NCBI GenBank assembly: GCA_044892505.1
Contig: CM097882.1
Span: 239,382,001 to 239,446,000, forward strand
Length of the DNA stretch: 64,000 bases
Origin: Schmidtea nova
Lineage: Eukaryota
Reading direction: 5' to 3'
The position numbers were made by a program, and so were the translations under genes. This document shows, one piece after another, positions 1 through 15,000 of this stretch. The stretch's first letter is position 1. Every line of letters starts with the position of its first letter. A model generated the notes under the pieces. It ran no database searches and had not been told where the DNA came from. It was given only the letters and a program-made list of their open reading frames with translations.

Positions 1-3000
1 CATTTCGAGGTCGAGGTCAAGGTCATTTTTTTGTTTTAATTTTAATTTTTTGGCGCAATTTTTGAATTTTATTGCCGTTTGTTTAAATAAAGTAAATAAT
101 TATTTTTTTGGCGCAATTTTTGAATTTTACCGCATTTTTTTTTTGAATTTTAGTGTAAATTTTTTGTCGCAATTTTTTGAATTTAAGCGTCATTTTGTTT
201 AATCTGTTGGGCCCACCAATTGGTCTAAAAAGGCAAAAATATTGTACTAATTTAAACAATAAATACAAATAATAACCACAAAAAAAAAAAAAAAAAAAAA
301 ACATTCGAAAAACCTAAATTAAAAATTAAAATAAAATAATAAATAATAATTACTAAATTTCCAGCAAAGGAAGAAAATCAAATTGACACGAGAACGAGCA
401 GTATGGGGGTCTGAAATAAGAAAATTACAAATAAAATCAAATAAAAGTACAATTAATTGGTTAATTACTTGAAAAATCGAGACCACCCAGCGAGAAATCT
501 GAACCGGAAATTTAAAATGGTTTATATTAAAATAAAATAACAAAATTACTTTGATGGACGGCCTGATCCTGATTGGTCAATCTGACCAACTGGATCAGTA
601 TAAATACCGATCCAAAAATCATACAGATAACACCTAACAAATTAGTTACCGAACTGATCTATCATAGTCAACTTTGATACGATAAATACTGTATAAATTT
701 TTGGAGAACACTGCATCGTGGATTTAAACAGTAAATTTTTTTTTTGTATTGTATTTTGTATTAATTTTTATGATATGTTTCATGATTCCCATTTGTTTTA
801 TTTTCATTTAATATAATTTATTACTATTGCTCTATTTCTCTTATGCCATTATTTTTATGATATAATAAATATACTTCCTCAGTAGCTTACGCTGCGAGGG
901 AGCAAGCCGTAAATGTGGGATTTCACCGTTCCACAAGATGGTGAGCAGAGTTTTTATTAGTATTCTTTATTTAATTTCATTTTATCGGAAGTTTCACGGT
1001 ACGGTAAAGTTGTGCAGGGACAAGGACACGAGTAAAATTTGTAGACAGTGGTTAACATTTACATTCGATCAGACAGGCGAAAACAAAACTATAATATCAA
1101 TTATCAGGTCGACTAGATCGATTTTTCTCATATACACGCGAATTTTTGTGAATCAACATAGCGGATCGAAATAACGTCCGGACACACCGAGACGATTTCG
1201 ACGTTCCAACTACAGTTTAATTTAGACATAAATAACGACATATTCGGATCGACACTACTGATTAAATAAATAAAATCGTAACCTGATCGCTGTACATAGC
1301 GCAGGTAATAATAGGTAAATTTTTCATATTCCGATCGCTGTACATAGCGACGGTGTTAATTGAATAGTCTGGAAAATATTTTTTTTATTCCTCCTTTTCA
1401 CATTTTTTTTGTGTTATTGATCAGCGAGCAGAGCACTTTTTTCTCAGGTCTCACCAAAATTTACGGATTCGTCGCAATAAAATTTATTATTAATTTTCTC
1501 AGATGAAAGCAACGATGCTGGATGAATTTCTAACCACTCAACGTCATGTGGCACGGGTCGAAAATCCTCTAATCCGGACGCAACGGAAGAAATTGAAGTC
1601 GCTCCCACAGGAACTCCTCAGAACGCTAAATGCGTTGATGTATAAATGGAGAAGGGAACTAGGAAAGAAATGTCCATTTTCGATTTGGACCGGTGGATTG
1701 GATACCATCGTATATCGAGGAGGCCCCGGATGGGAAATTCAGGACGAAAGAGACCGGGAGACGACAGCTCTGTTCATCATAGTGGTGTCAGACAGCGAAG
1801 GAAATCCCACGACAGCGATCCATTGGGGATATGTCTCACCGCTCAAGTTGCTTAAATTCGGGTTGATTCCGAATCACCTACCGAAAACGTGCCACGGACG
1901 CCCCAAACTAAACTGTTCGATGGCTCACATCCGAAGAAATCCAGTCAATCACGGGTTGCATATTACTCCCGTTCACGGCCTCAAGCGAAGTGTTTTCCAC
2001 TAAACATTATATTCACATTTTTATAAACTAAACGATTTCAATAAATTAAATGGTGTTGATCCGTGTTTTTGTTTGTCCTTAGTTAAATTTATTTCTATTT
2101 ATTTAATCATATGATTTTTACACTCGACGGATAATATTAATCTTGGTAACATGTTTGATGCATTATAAATTGGGTTTGTTATTTAGTATGACGGAAACTA
2201 GCCAACAGCGAGAATTGGACAAGGCGTGGAGAATCCGCCGAGCATTGGAGAAGGAGCTAAACCAAGAAAAAGCCTTACGAGCCAAAGCAGAAGCTCAGAT
2301 TCAGCATTTACGGACCAGCTGGTTCGCACCAGCTCGCATGAAGGAGCAGATGAGTCGGACAGAAAGGGCTCAAAGGACAGCTGACGATTATCGCACCGAA
2401 TGGGAAGCAACAAAAATTGAGTTGCGCCGATGTCTCCATTCGGTGACGACTTCATTTATCGAGTCCGAATTGAAAGCACAAATCCGACCCATTACCTACC
2501 AGAAATGGGTAGGAGAACAGAAAGTGGCCTGCTCAGTCAGTACGGACACCGATGGACTCGAGGCAACCACAGTGCAGAGTCGAGTGGAAACCACCACTGC
2601 ACCAACTCCCGCCGGAAAACCGAATAAGCGAAAACGAATCGGCTCCAAGCGTCGTCGCCAAAGGAAGCTGTTTTCTCAGCAATTGCAGACACAAGTAACC
2701 ACGATGGCAGGAATGTCGGAAGCCGAGTGGTTGGCAGAGATGTTTCCACCTGAAGGAATATTCAAAGAATTCCTATAACAGCTAGAATACGATGTCAGAT
2801 TGTGGACTTAATTAAAATTTTGCTCGTTTTTGTTTTTTTTTTGTTGTTGTTAATTCCTAAGTATTTTTCCTTCGATTACATAATTCGTACCATTACCTGT
2901 AAATTACCCGTCACACAACGAAAAGAGTAGCGATAAAGAACTTAAATATTATCAAATTCGTAGTTTCGTTTTGCTTGTTTGTTTTTTGTTTTTACGATAA

Positions 3001-6000
3001 TTACATAACCGCACACACACACACAATAGAACTATAATTGCGTAAGTCCTTCTACGGCCGCGTGAACCCGTAAACATAAAGGGGGAGTAGTCCTAGCAAT
3101 AGTGCTCACCTGCCCCTCATTGTTTAATCACCCTGCGCATCACCAACTTGGTTATCAAGGGAAATAATCAAGGGCGCTCGAGTGTAACTTACGACTATTT
3201 ATGCATGATCATGGATGGAAGATCCCTAGCCGTCATTTGAATTTTTATCAACCCGTCCATGAACCCAGCATAAATTTGGGGGCTCAGCCGGGATCAACTT
3301 CGTTTTATCGGAAAAAGGTGAATGAAAAATCTGCAGAGAAGTTAAAGTGCTCGTGTCGTATGAATAAATTTAATAAAAACAGAAAATTGGTAATTAAATC
3401 TAAATGATGTACAAAAATAAACAACAAACACAACAGCAAATAAAAGTAAAGTTATAAAAATCGAATGCATGCATAAACAATTTGTCGGGACGACAATTTT
3501 CGGAAACACGGGGAGAGTAAATAAATGCTAAAAGATGCAAAACGAAACATATTACTACTTTAAATAAATATTAAATTCACAAAACGAAACATATTACTAC
3601 TTTAAATAAATATTAAATTCACAAAACGAGACATATTACTACTTTAAAAATGATAAAAACAACAAAGTTAAAACGATTATTTATTCAGCAAATGGAGGAA
3701 AAACTGAAAGAAATCGAAGAATTTCTCAACACAGAAAGCGAAACATTAGCAACAATTGGCAAGAAAATAAACCGATTTAGAGAAATTGAATTTCAAGAAC
3801 CCACAACACAGACCGAAGAAACAGATGAATTAATAAAGATAACAGAAAGAACAAGTAAAATCGACATAAAAACCCGCTACAAATGGTACCAAGCACGACT
3901 AGAGAATGCGGAGCTAAACATTAGATGCAGACAAATAGAACAACAATTAACCCCAACATACAAGCGATGGAGGGCGCAAGGGGTAGAAGCAGCGAAAAAA
4001 TACCGACAGTGCTATATATGTGAAAACAACGAGATACAAATTATGTTTTTACCTTGCGGACATTTCCGTTTTTGTAAGATCTGTGCCAGCAAGTGTGACC
4101 GGTGTCCGATGTGCAACTTTACCGTGAATGAAAAAATTATAGTTTATTTGTAATAAATGTTTAGAGTTGATTAGTAAAAGATCGAATGGTGAATCATGGG
4201 AACAATCATTGTATTTAAATAATTTTTGAGCTACTGCAAAGTAGTCCGATAAGAATCCATTGGGGGGTACCGATTGATCAACCTAGTCAGGGTATATAGA
4301 AAGGGGCCCATCGCAAATGTTGGAAAGTTTTTGTGATGTGATTGATCACCACATCCTGCATTAATAGACCAACGCGATCTTTGTGTATATTTTGGTTGGG
4401 GAGAGAGATAGGGAAATCTCGATGGAGTAAAGCGCGCATAGAGAAAAATAAATAAAAAGTTGAAGCAGACTGATCAGGAATTAGTTATGATAGAACAAAG
4501 AGATAAATGACAATTTTGAGAGAATAAAAGGTGCATAGTCAGCTCGCATAGAAGTAGTTATAACTCAGCTGAGAAGTTTTAATCGCTAGCGAAGTAGGGA
4601 ATTGTGATTAACCGGTTAAGTAAAGTTATACGAGATTTGTCCCTTGAAACAAAGGGTTATTAGAGTTGTCCCTTGAAACAAAGGGTTATTAGCGGTTTGT
4701 CCCTTGAAAAAAAGGGTTGAGGCCAACGAGCCTTATTGAATGACCTAGCTAGGCGTTATGGAGAGATTAATTGAGGCCAATAGAGCCAGTGAGATATTAA
4801 ATTAAGGCCAATAGAGCCATGTGAGATATTAAATTAAGGCCAATAGAGCCATGTGAGATATTAAAATTGAGGCCAATAGAGCCATTTGAGATAGTAAAAT
4901 GAGGCCAATAGAGCCATGTGAGATATAAAATTGAGGCCAAAAGAGCCATAGTGGATTATAGAGATATCCGGATAAATAGTAACAGAGGGAATATAGACCC
5001 ATAGTGTAATCGTCGACGAGATTTAGAATAGTGCGCACTAGTAGTTAAGAAATGCGAGTAAAGCTGATTATGCAACCTTAAGTAAAGCATGCAAGGAGAA
5101 TAATAAAAATTCGAGCTGACCGGAGCAACCGGCAGAATGAGTAAAACGATTGCTAGCAGGGAATAATGAATAAAGATGATAAAATAATGATAAACGAGTC
5201 AGAAAGACTCAGGGAATTAGAGCGCTCGAGCGACCAATAAATTGGGAAACTGTGGGAAAAGTAATGGATTTGATAAAACATAGATAATTATTACGACATA
5301 AATAGATAATTGTGACCAGTCTATAGATAATTTAAATAGACTAAAAATAAAGGGGAATCTGGGAATTGGGAAATAATGAAAACCCAGTAATAAGTAATCC
5401 CGAAAGAAAGGGAATAAAAGCGCGACGATAACAATAAGGTATCGTTGAGGACCTTTGTATTTTAGATATACAAATCAATCAAATCAATCAAGCAACAAGA
5501 AGAATCAGAAAAACGATAATAGATAGGACAAGAAAATTGATAATATAAAAGTAATCCAGTTGAGAAAAGGAGCAAAGAGTGTCGCAATAAAGCCAACAAA
5601 AAAGCAGAAAGCCGGCAAAGATAACCACAAAAACCCACAAGGGAGTAAAGCGAGGAAAATAATAAGAGATAAATCAATTATCGAAAACGATAAATTGTCA
5701 GTAGTAAGCAACAGCTCAAGTAACAAAGAGAACCAAGCGGAACCCAAGGAGAACCAAACAAGCGAAATAGAAAGCGACGAAACTATCAACGATAATATCG
5801 AAGAAGTAGAAAACGAGGTAGAACCAGAGGTAGAAACCAACGAAAGTGATAACGAAAGTATAATATCAGATAACGAAGGAATAAGAGAAACAGAAAGCGA
5901 TTCAAGCTCGAGTGGAACAGAAGACGAACATAACAACGAACTAGAAACAAGAGGAAACGAAAGTAAAATAACTCAAGACAGCGGAATTGAAATGGGTGAA

Positions 6001-9000
6001 CCAAGAGAAGAAATAAAGGATAAATTTTCAGGAGAACCGTTTAACGGAGATGCGAGTAAATTGGAAATTTTTCTAAAGGAATTTGGCATATTCGTGGAAG
6101 TATGCAAATGGAAAGCTGAGACAACAGCAAGTAGAATACAGTTATATTTGAAAGATAGTGCATTGGACCTATATTTGGAAGCGAAAAATGGTACCAATCC
6201 ACCTACAAGCTGGTCAGCGATAAAGGATTTTTTCCAGCAAACATTTGGAATAAATAAAGTGCTAAGCGAAGCATTCATAGAATTTTCGATGAGAAAACAA
6301 AAGATGAATGAGTCTAACGCGGTATACGCGAGCGAACTGAAAAAATTAGCAAAATCGGTATTCAAGGATGGGGGTCCAATAAACGAGGAATTAATGGCAG
6401 CCATCTTCATAGGAGGATTAAGAAGACCCGACATAAGAGCGCAAGTTGGATGCCAAGGATGCAAAACCATAGACCAAGCGTTAGAGACAGCTAACCGATT
6501 TGAATTACATATGATAGGAAGCGAGGGTAGAATTTATTTAGCCATGGACACAGCACAAACCGAACCAGAGGTAAATCTCAACAATCACATTCCAAATTCG
6601 CAACAATTAAACCGACCACCCCCTCAACGAAGGAATGAAGGAAATAAAGTGCAGAACTTTGGAAACCAAAACAATTACCACCCTCAAGGACAAACAAAAC
6701 AATGTAAAACATGCGGGAAGTTGGGACACTGGCAGCAAGAATGCTACCAAAATTTGAATTGCGGAAAATGTGGAGTTAAAGGACACTCGGAAAGTAGATG
6801 TTCTACAATAATCTGTTTTAATTGCGGACGACCTGGTCACTACTCAAGGAATTGCGGACAAAAAGGTAATCAACGGGGAAATTGGCAGAACAACGGAAAC
6901 CGACCAAATTACGGAAATCAAACAAATACTGCAAATCGACAAGATTATGGCAACCAACAGGTCAATAATAACAATAATCAGAACAAAACTACCACCAAAG
7001 AAATACATTTGATGCAAGAAGTTCAAAGATTGACGGAACTTATAAACAATACGACGAGAGGGAACCCGCAAACCAATCAACAACAAATTAGCATGATGAG
7101 AAAAATAGAAAGCGAAAACGAACGATTGAATCGAGAAAGTCAAGCACGACACGCTCAGGAATGGGCAAGAATACAAAGAGAGGATGAACAAAAACAGCAA
7201 GAAAGAGAACGACAACCTCTAAGAATTAACATGCTAAGAGCAACAAACCAAACAGACACTCGCGAGAAAGAAACCACACTGGAAATGAATTCGATAGACC
7301 CGAATCCAGCCGACAACGAAAGTCGAAAAGAAATAGTACAAAAAGATGAGGAAGTAGAAAAAGAAGTAGAAAAGGAAGCGGAAACTGAGATAAACCAAGA
7401 AGAGAGAAGAAAAATTTGGAAAAAAGGAATGATGGTAATCATGCCCAACGACCATGTGTTTCGATTCCAATATAACGCAAAAGAAAAGGTGGAAATACTA
7501 TTCAATAAAGTAAACCAGATGATTCCAGGAGTAACGAAACTGCCCAGAGAAGCGTTCTTACAAATAGGAGATGCACCATCAGTAAAATTGAAATTAACGG
7601 ATATATGGGAAAACATGGGAGTAACAGAGACAAAAAGAAATGTGATGAGAATCAAAGAAATAGAATCAGAAGAAATTCCACCACCAGTGCGTCACGAAAC
7701 CCGAATCAGCCGAATATTTAAAGGAAAAATGATACGAAGACGTTTGAAAGAAATAGACGAGTTAGAGAAGAAAATGAGAAAAGTCGAAGTAATAGAGGAT
7801 AAGAGTGAACCAACACTAGAGATTGCCAAAAACGAACCAGAACCAACGGAGAATATACAAGGGGAAACGAACCAAATAGCTCATATTAGTATGTTAAGAA
7901 ATACCACCAGAGAGTTTTCCGATGAAGAAGAAGATAGCGACATCAGTAGCCTAGCAGGAGACATATTAAACGAATCCGAAGACGAAAATAAAGAGAGAGA
8001 AGTAATAAAGACCTCAGAACCTACACAGATAAAAGTAGATGAAATCCAGAAATTACTAGATAACTCGTTAGAAGTAATATATAACGAAGAGTTCATGGAC
8101 AAGAAACAATATCGGAAATTCATGAAAGCATTATTACAAATGAACTACAAAGATTGGTTACAAGACCGGGAAGTGGACATGTTAAATCGATACGTAGGGA
8201 AATTAATAGAGGAACCACTCCTCAATTACACTATCTCAATAATAATAAATACATCTACACCAAGAATCTGGATCAAAACTCCATTTACAGACGATATCTA
8301 CAGATGGGTAGAGGATAGACTAGGGAGCTCATATAAAAACAAATTCATCTATTCGCAGAATAGACTCGTAAAGAAAAGAACGCACTTAGTAGAAACAGGT
8401 ATATGGCCAGGAGAAATAACTCTGTTATCAATATGTGATGAGAAGGAAGAAGAGAACCTACAAGAAGTTGCAAGGGAAGCAAACACGTGCTTTGAAAGGA
8501 GAATAAAACCCCGGTTAGAATACGAGAAAGAACGAGTCTTACGAAAGAATCTAAATTCCCTGATAGAACAAATCATACCACAAGTCAAAAAACATAGAAA
8601 AGAGTTAATGAGAAGCGAATACGAGAAACTGAAACGATGTATTGAGTGCATACGTGACACAAGTCACACGAGATGGTCACAAATCTCACACGACAAATTA
8701 ATCGCAAAAATGGGAAAAACAATGTTCAGACAAGGGAAAATAACAGACCTAAAAATTTCAGTGGAATTGCCTAATGAAGACACCAAAGAAATTGAAGTAG
8801 TAGCGGATTGCACCATTAAAGAATTAATAAATGTCATCAACGAGACACTAGTGCAAAGAGAACCAGAAGACGAATGGGAAGACGACATAATCATACAATA
8901 TAACGAACATGTATTATGGGATCACGATGAGAGACGACTATATAAAATCGGTATATGGGATAATCACCAAACCATCCACGTTATCAGAATGGACGATACA

Positions 9001-12000
9001 CCCAGAGAAACTGCTAAAGATGAGAAAAGAGAACGGGAACGACGGAAAGAAGTTGTGCGCAAATTACAACAAATAGTAGAAATTTATCGAAATTGGCGAA
9101 TTTGGCCAGAGTGGGAAAATGTATTAGAAGAACTCAATCTCAACAGACGAATACGAACACCCATAGAAAAACAATGGAACGAGAAAGGAAAATGTTGGGA
9201 ACCAAAAGAAGGGGAATATGAAGAAGAATATGAAAGAGGAATGGAAGATGACTGCGAACCAGAAATGAGAAGGGTTTGCATGGTGACAAGGAAAGCTACG
9301 CCAATAGACCTAGATGGACCAGAAACAGCGGCTATATGGGTAGAAAAGGAAAAGCAAAAAACGGAAGAATTTGTCGAAATATTAAAAACTAATGCGCACG
9401 GTAAGAGAAAAATAATAAAAGGTCTCGCAGATTTTTTCGTGGTTAATGGAGAAGATATAACATGCTTACGCAAAGTAGCAAAAGCAATCGCAGAATATAA
9501 AAGAGTCAACGAGTGGTGCCCGGAACAACTAGACCATGTAATTAGGAAATGGAGAAACCAAGAATTCTCGCAGGAAATTCCACAGAAAGTGCATTTAAGA
9601 ATAATATATCCAAACAAGGATAAGGAAGAATTGTGGGTAGGAATAGCAGAAAAAATTCGAGATATTAAAAAGAAATTGAGATACGAACCACCATTCCATT
9701 TACAACACCAAGGACGATCATTAGATAACAGTTTGGAAATCAGAATAACGCCAGCACAACTAGATCTCATGAATACCTTGACAGTAGAAGCAATAGCAGG
9801 TCAACCATTGAAACGTAAAGAAGAAAACCATAAACCACACGGAAGTATAAGTACGCCGAGCCCGATGAAATCAGTACTAACACCAGGGACAAGTTCAAGA
9901 CGATCTGAGACAACACCCAGAGGGAATAGAGAAATGACTCCACCACAACCATACGACGTGGACGAAATTTTAACGGATAGCGACGATATGATAGAAGAAT
10001 TAACCGAATTAACAAAAGAAAAAGACGATAACATTTTCGAAAGAATACAAGAATTACCTACGACAATACAAGTAACCAACACCGGAGAAACAGAAGTCGA
10101 AGAAGAAATAATAATAGAAGAAATAAACGATTTGATAGAAGACGAAGCGAGAGGGACGAATGTCGAAAATGTACAATTAACCCAAGAAATGGAAAGATGG
10201 TTAGAAGAAAGAGCTAACGAACCAAGAGATGTCACGGAAGAAACAGGACGAGCAACAAGATTTGTGGAAACGGGTACAGGAATGGATAGACGACCTCGAG
10301 GTAGACCCAAGACAGATCCGGCAAATGTAGTCATCAGAAATAAGGATGAAAAGAGACAAGATCAATGGGAAGTATGTTTAAAGAAATTAAATAAAATCGC
10401 GGAGATAAAAGAAAAAGAGACAACACCAATATGTCAAGGTGAGGAATGGATATCGAAAACAATAATGGAAATATTGGCAATAATTGATCCGGAATTGAAA
10501 AAATACTGGCGTATAACTGAGATAAGCGAAAAGGCGAAGTCATTGCACAGCGCAATTGCACCCATCTTACCGGAATTCATAAAAGTAAAGACGAAGTCAA
10601 ATCATTTAGACTGGCAAGGAACCACTACGTTAATAAAGAAATTGACAGAAGGAGCGGAAACAGATAACAAATACGTGATAGCCATTGCATACACCATCTA
10701 CAACCTACTAACACTGAGTAGAGGTCGACCAAAACCCACTGCGTTGGAAAGACACATAAAAAATACCGCAAAAATTATAGCCAGAGAAATAGAACCATAC
10801 ATCATTAACAAAGGAGGATGGGAAACATTTATAAAAACTAACCAGAAGAAAACGCAAGCCAAGAATATGAAAAAGAAATTCGAAAAAATATTGGAAGAGT
10901 TAGAAAAAGAACAAGCAGGAACAGGAAACGCGAAGTCATCAATGAATTTGAGTTCTATAATAATGATGATGTTGATATGGATGATTAGCACCGATAGCGC
11001 AACAGCATTCGAAGTGTTTGATTGCGACCAAATGAAGTTAGGAGAAAAGTATTCATTGAGAGGTACGGAGCAATGCAAAGATGCAACTCCAGTAGAGTTG
11101 CAAAAGATTAAAAAGGAACAATGGTACCACGTGTATCAAGAAGCAGAACTCATAAAGACAATGGTGAATGAATGTAAGGTGCAGAAGACAAGATTCGCAT
11201 TCTACTGCGGGAGAGGACATTATTCAGCAATTGTCATGCCAGGAACGGAAAGAGAACCAATCGTGTTACAAGGAGAGGACTGCGAAGCATTGTTTAAACA
11301 TGGAGAAGTAACAACAAGAGATAAAATCAAGATAAAAGGAAAGCCAGGAATGATGATGCAACAGACGTACTATGTAGCAGGACGGATTACGGGAGGAGAA
11401 GGATATTGTCAAGGAGAAACCTACCCGATGTTCGGAACACTCGCAACCAACTTAGTGGTGATGGATACGTATATAGTCGAACTAAAAAGCTATGAAGCAT
11501 TCTTCGAACCCACAACGGGAGAAATGAAAACGTTATCCATGTGTAAAATCGACAGGAGCATGTGTCAAACGGGAATGTCAACATTAGTGTACAAACCAAA
11601 GGTGAACGAATGTCAATTACAACTGCTACAAGGAGCAAAGTTCGACGAAATCCAAGGAAAAACGTTCCAGGAAGAAGACGATGACGACAAAGCTAGAGCA
11701 AAGCATCTCAAGGAAGCTTTAGAGAATAAAAGACAACTGAAACCAGACCATAGAGAAAAACGGATAGAGATGAGAGCCACACCAACAGTGTTGATAACCA
11801 CAAATCAGGATGTGGGAATGAGGTTCATAAAAGGGAAAGCAACCCTTAAGTGTAGTACAACGGTATACGAAACGAATTATCCAGGAATATATGTGTCAAA
11901 ACAAGAAGTGCCAAATGCGAAACCCAAAATCGACACAATGGATATCAAACTACACCTATATGTGAATAATAAAATGGATTTCCTATTCCATAGAGGACAA

Positions 12001-15000
12001 GCCTCATTACAAAAAGTGTACTACGATCTGATAAACAATGATTGTATACTAAATCGAGAAATATTAAAGACAAAGTTGGCCGTAGCAATTACGAATCCAG
12101 ACAGCGCGATGCCATTATTACCACTGAGAGAAGGACATTTCGGAAGAGTGGTTGGAGAAGCAATGTATGTATACATTTGTGAAAAGACACACGCATCGCT
12201 AGCAGCAACAACACAGTTGAAACCTGGAACCTGTACAAATGAGTTAGAAATCGACTACAAAGGAAAAGTACGATACGTTCAACCAGTGACGAGAATCATC
12301 AATCCACCAGGGTTTGAACCAAATCCATTCAACTGTAGTAATGCGTATGGACCACTTTATCAGAAACCAGATGGTAAATGGGTTATGTTCCCAGGAAGAT
12401 CCGAAGTGATAGCACCAAGAGAATTCGAGCTAATGCAGTTGTCAAAGGATAGGCAATTCAGCGACGTAGATGTCTCAAACAACGGAATATATAGTCCAAA
12501 GGATTTAGAAGCAGCAAGGCAGAATATATTATTTCCAGCGAGAAGAGAAGCATTACTGTCAAATATCGTAACGATAACGGGAGGAACGGATTATCGAGAA
12601 GGACCGAATTATGAACTGTTGTTATCACCAGCACATTTCAAAAAAGCCACGGAAAATATGATGAAAGCCATGTGGGGAAGATTCCTGATATTTGGACAAA
12701 TGATGGCGGGAATACTGGGGGTTATATTAATAATACAAATCGTCAGAGTGATAATAACGCAAATGTTAGCGTGTTTCGATATCTACAAGAGAGAAAAGAG
12801 AGTGAATTGGAAAATGGTAGTAGGATTTTTACCATTCCTTGCGAAAACAATGGTGTTGCACGGACACTCAAAAGATATCCATCGAATAAAAAGACTCCTA
12901 AAGATACTAGCAAAAATGAAGGGAACAGATGAAGAAGTAGGACGAAAATTTAAAAAGATAATGAATGACGAACAAGCAAGACAACAGCTCAAGAGAGAAA
13001 GAAAAGGTCTATGGGAGAGGGTGAAAGGATATAAAACCCAAAATGATTCGAGTGACGACGATGACGACGATGACGACTATAAGGGAGGACAAGTGTATAA
13101 GAACCAAGCACCACAATACATCGAAAAGAATCCAGCCGACGCATGGAAATGTTACGCACCTCCACCAACCATGTATCAAGAACCACTACAAGGAGGAAAA
13201 AATAGCACGATGCAAATGATGCAATGACAAATGTATACCCCATGATACCAGAGGATTATAAAATGAGAAGATGTAGAAGCGTGGATCCACAAGGAGACAC
13301 ACATACAATCGCCGTAATGTCATCTAACACAGGTCCAGTGTTAACCACAACAATAGAAATTAACGGAAGAGAAATCGAAGCAATGATCGACACTGGAGCA
13401 AATATTTCCGCCATCGACATCAAATGGATACCACAGGAGCAAAGACGAGAAATAGAAAGGACAAACGTCCACGTAATTGCATGTAGCAAGGAAGTTGTAG
13501 AAGTAGCAGGAAGATGGTGGGTAAAAATACGCCACTTAAACACAGAAATCGATACCTACGTAGCAGTTATACCAGCATTAAGCGTGCCTTGCATTATCGG
13601 AACAGATTTGATGCCAGCATTATTTAAAGAGATTGTAATCGATCTCGGAACAATGAGACTAAAAGATCGCACAGGACAAATATGCGCAATAGAAGCCAAG
13701 GTGACAAGTTCAAAGCAAATGATAATACCGGCAAGAAAGGAAAAAATATGTTACGTAAAAATAGATCCGACAATCCAAGGCGATATGATTTTCGAACCAA
13801 GTAAGAGATTCGAGAAAAGAAAAGCGTTGCCAATGGCAAGAGGATTAGTCAACATAAATGATAATGGAGAAATCCCAATAAACGTGGTAAATTTCGACGA
13901 AGAGGATAAAATAATCTACGAAAACGAAAGATTAGGTAAATTAACCCCAATGATGGATATAGAACTACCAATAGCAGGAGCAGAGAAAGATAAAGAACCA
14001 ACATGGAATATTGATAGTGAATTATTAAATGAGAATCAAAAGAAGCAATTAGAAAAACTGCTGACAGAGTATAAGGACATATTTGCAGCATCCGATTTGG
14101 ATCTAGGAACCTGTGATGTCACGTTACATACGATACCACTAACAGACGAAACACCGATTGCATTAAGGCCGTACAAATTAGCAGAAGCACAGAAAGCAGT
14201 AGCAGAAGCAGAAGTGAAGAAAATGTTGGATGCAGAAGTGATCGAACCAAGTTGTTCACCCTGGCAATTTCCAGTAGTAATGGTAAAGAAGAAAGACGGA
14301 ACACAGAGATTCTGCATAGATTATCGAAGATTGAATACAGTGACAAAACGAGATACTTACCCATTACCAGACATCAACGAAATGCTACTAACATTACAGG
14401 GAGCAGCATATTTTACATCGCTAGATCTGAAAAGCGGATACTGGCAAATAAAAATGAAGGAAGAAGATAAGAGAAAACTGCCTTTACCATCGGTAGAGAC
14501 CTATATCAATTTCGAAAGATGCCCTTTGGATTAACAAACGCACCAGCATCATTTCAGAGATGCATGAATTTCGTCACCCATGGAATAAAGCAGTGTATGG
14601 TCTACATCGACGATTTATTAATCTACTCTAGCACGTTTGAACAACACATACAGGATATTCGAGATGTATTCGTTAGACTTAGACAATGGAAGTTAAAACT
14701 CAAGCCATCCAAGTGTGATTGGGCGAAAGAGAAAGTAACATTTTTAGGACATATAGTGTCAGCAAAAGGAAAAGAACCGGATCCTAGAAATATCGACAAA
14801 GTAAAGGAATGTCCAGTACCAAAAACAATAACCCAGATACAAGAATTTCTTGGATTATGTGGATATTATAGAAAGTTTATAAAAGATTACGCCGGAATAG
14901 CAAAACCTATACAGGAACTAGTAAAGAAAGATGTATCCTTCATATGGGGAGACGAACAACAAACAGCTTTCGAGACATTAAGAGATAAACTGATAACCGC

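Noticed and set aside
13200-14540. Apparent programmed frameshifts or separate PR and pol ORFs in the first copy
   Set aside because: The second copy is continuous at both sites, the differences are single-base losses in CC and AAA runs, and one falls inside RT.
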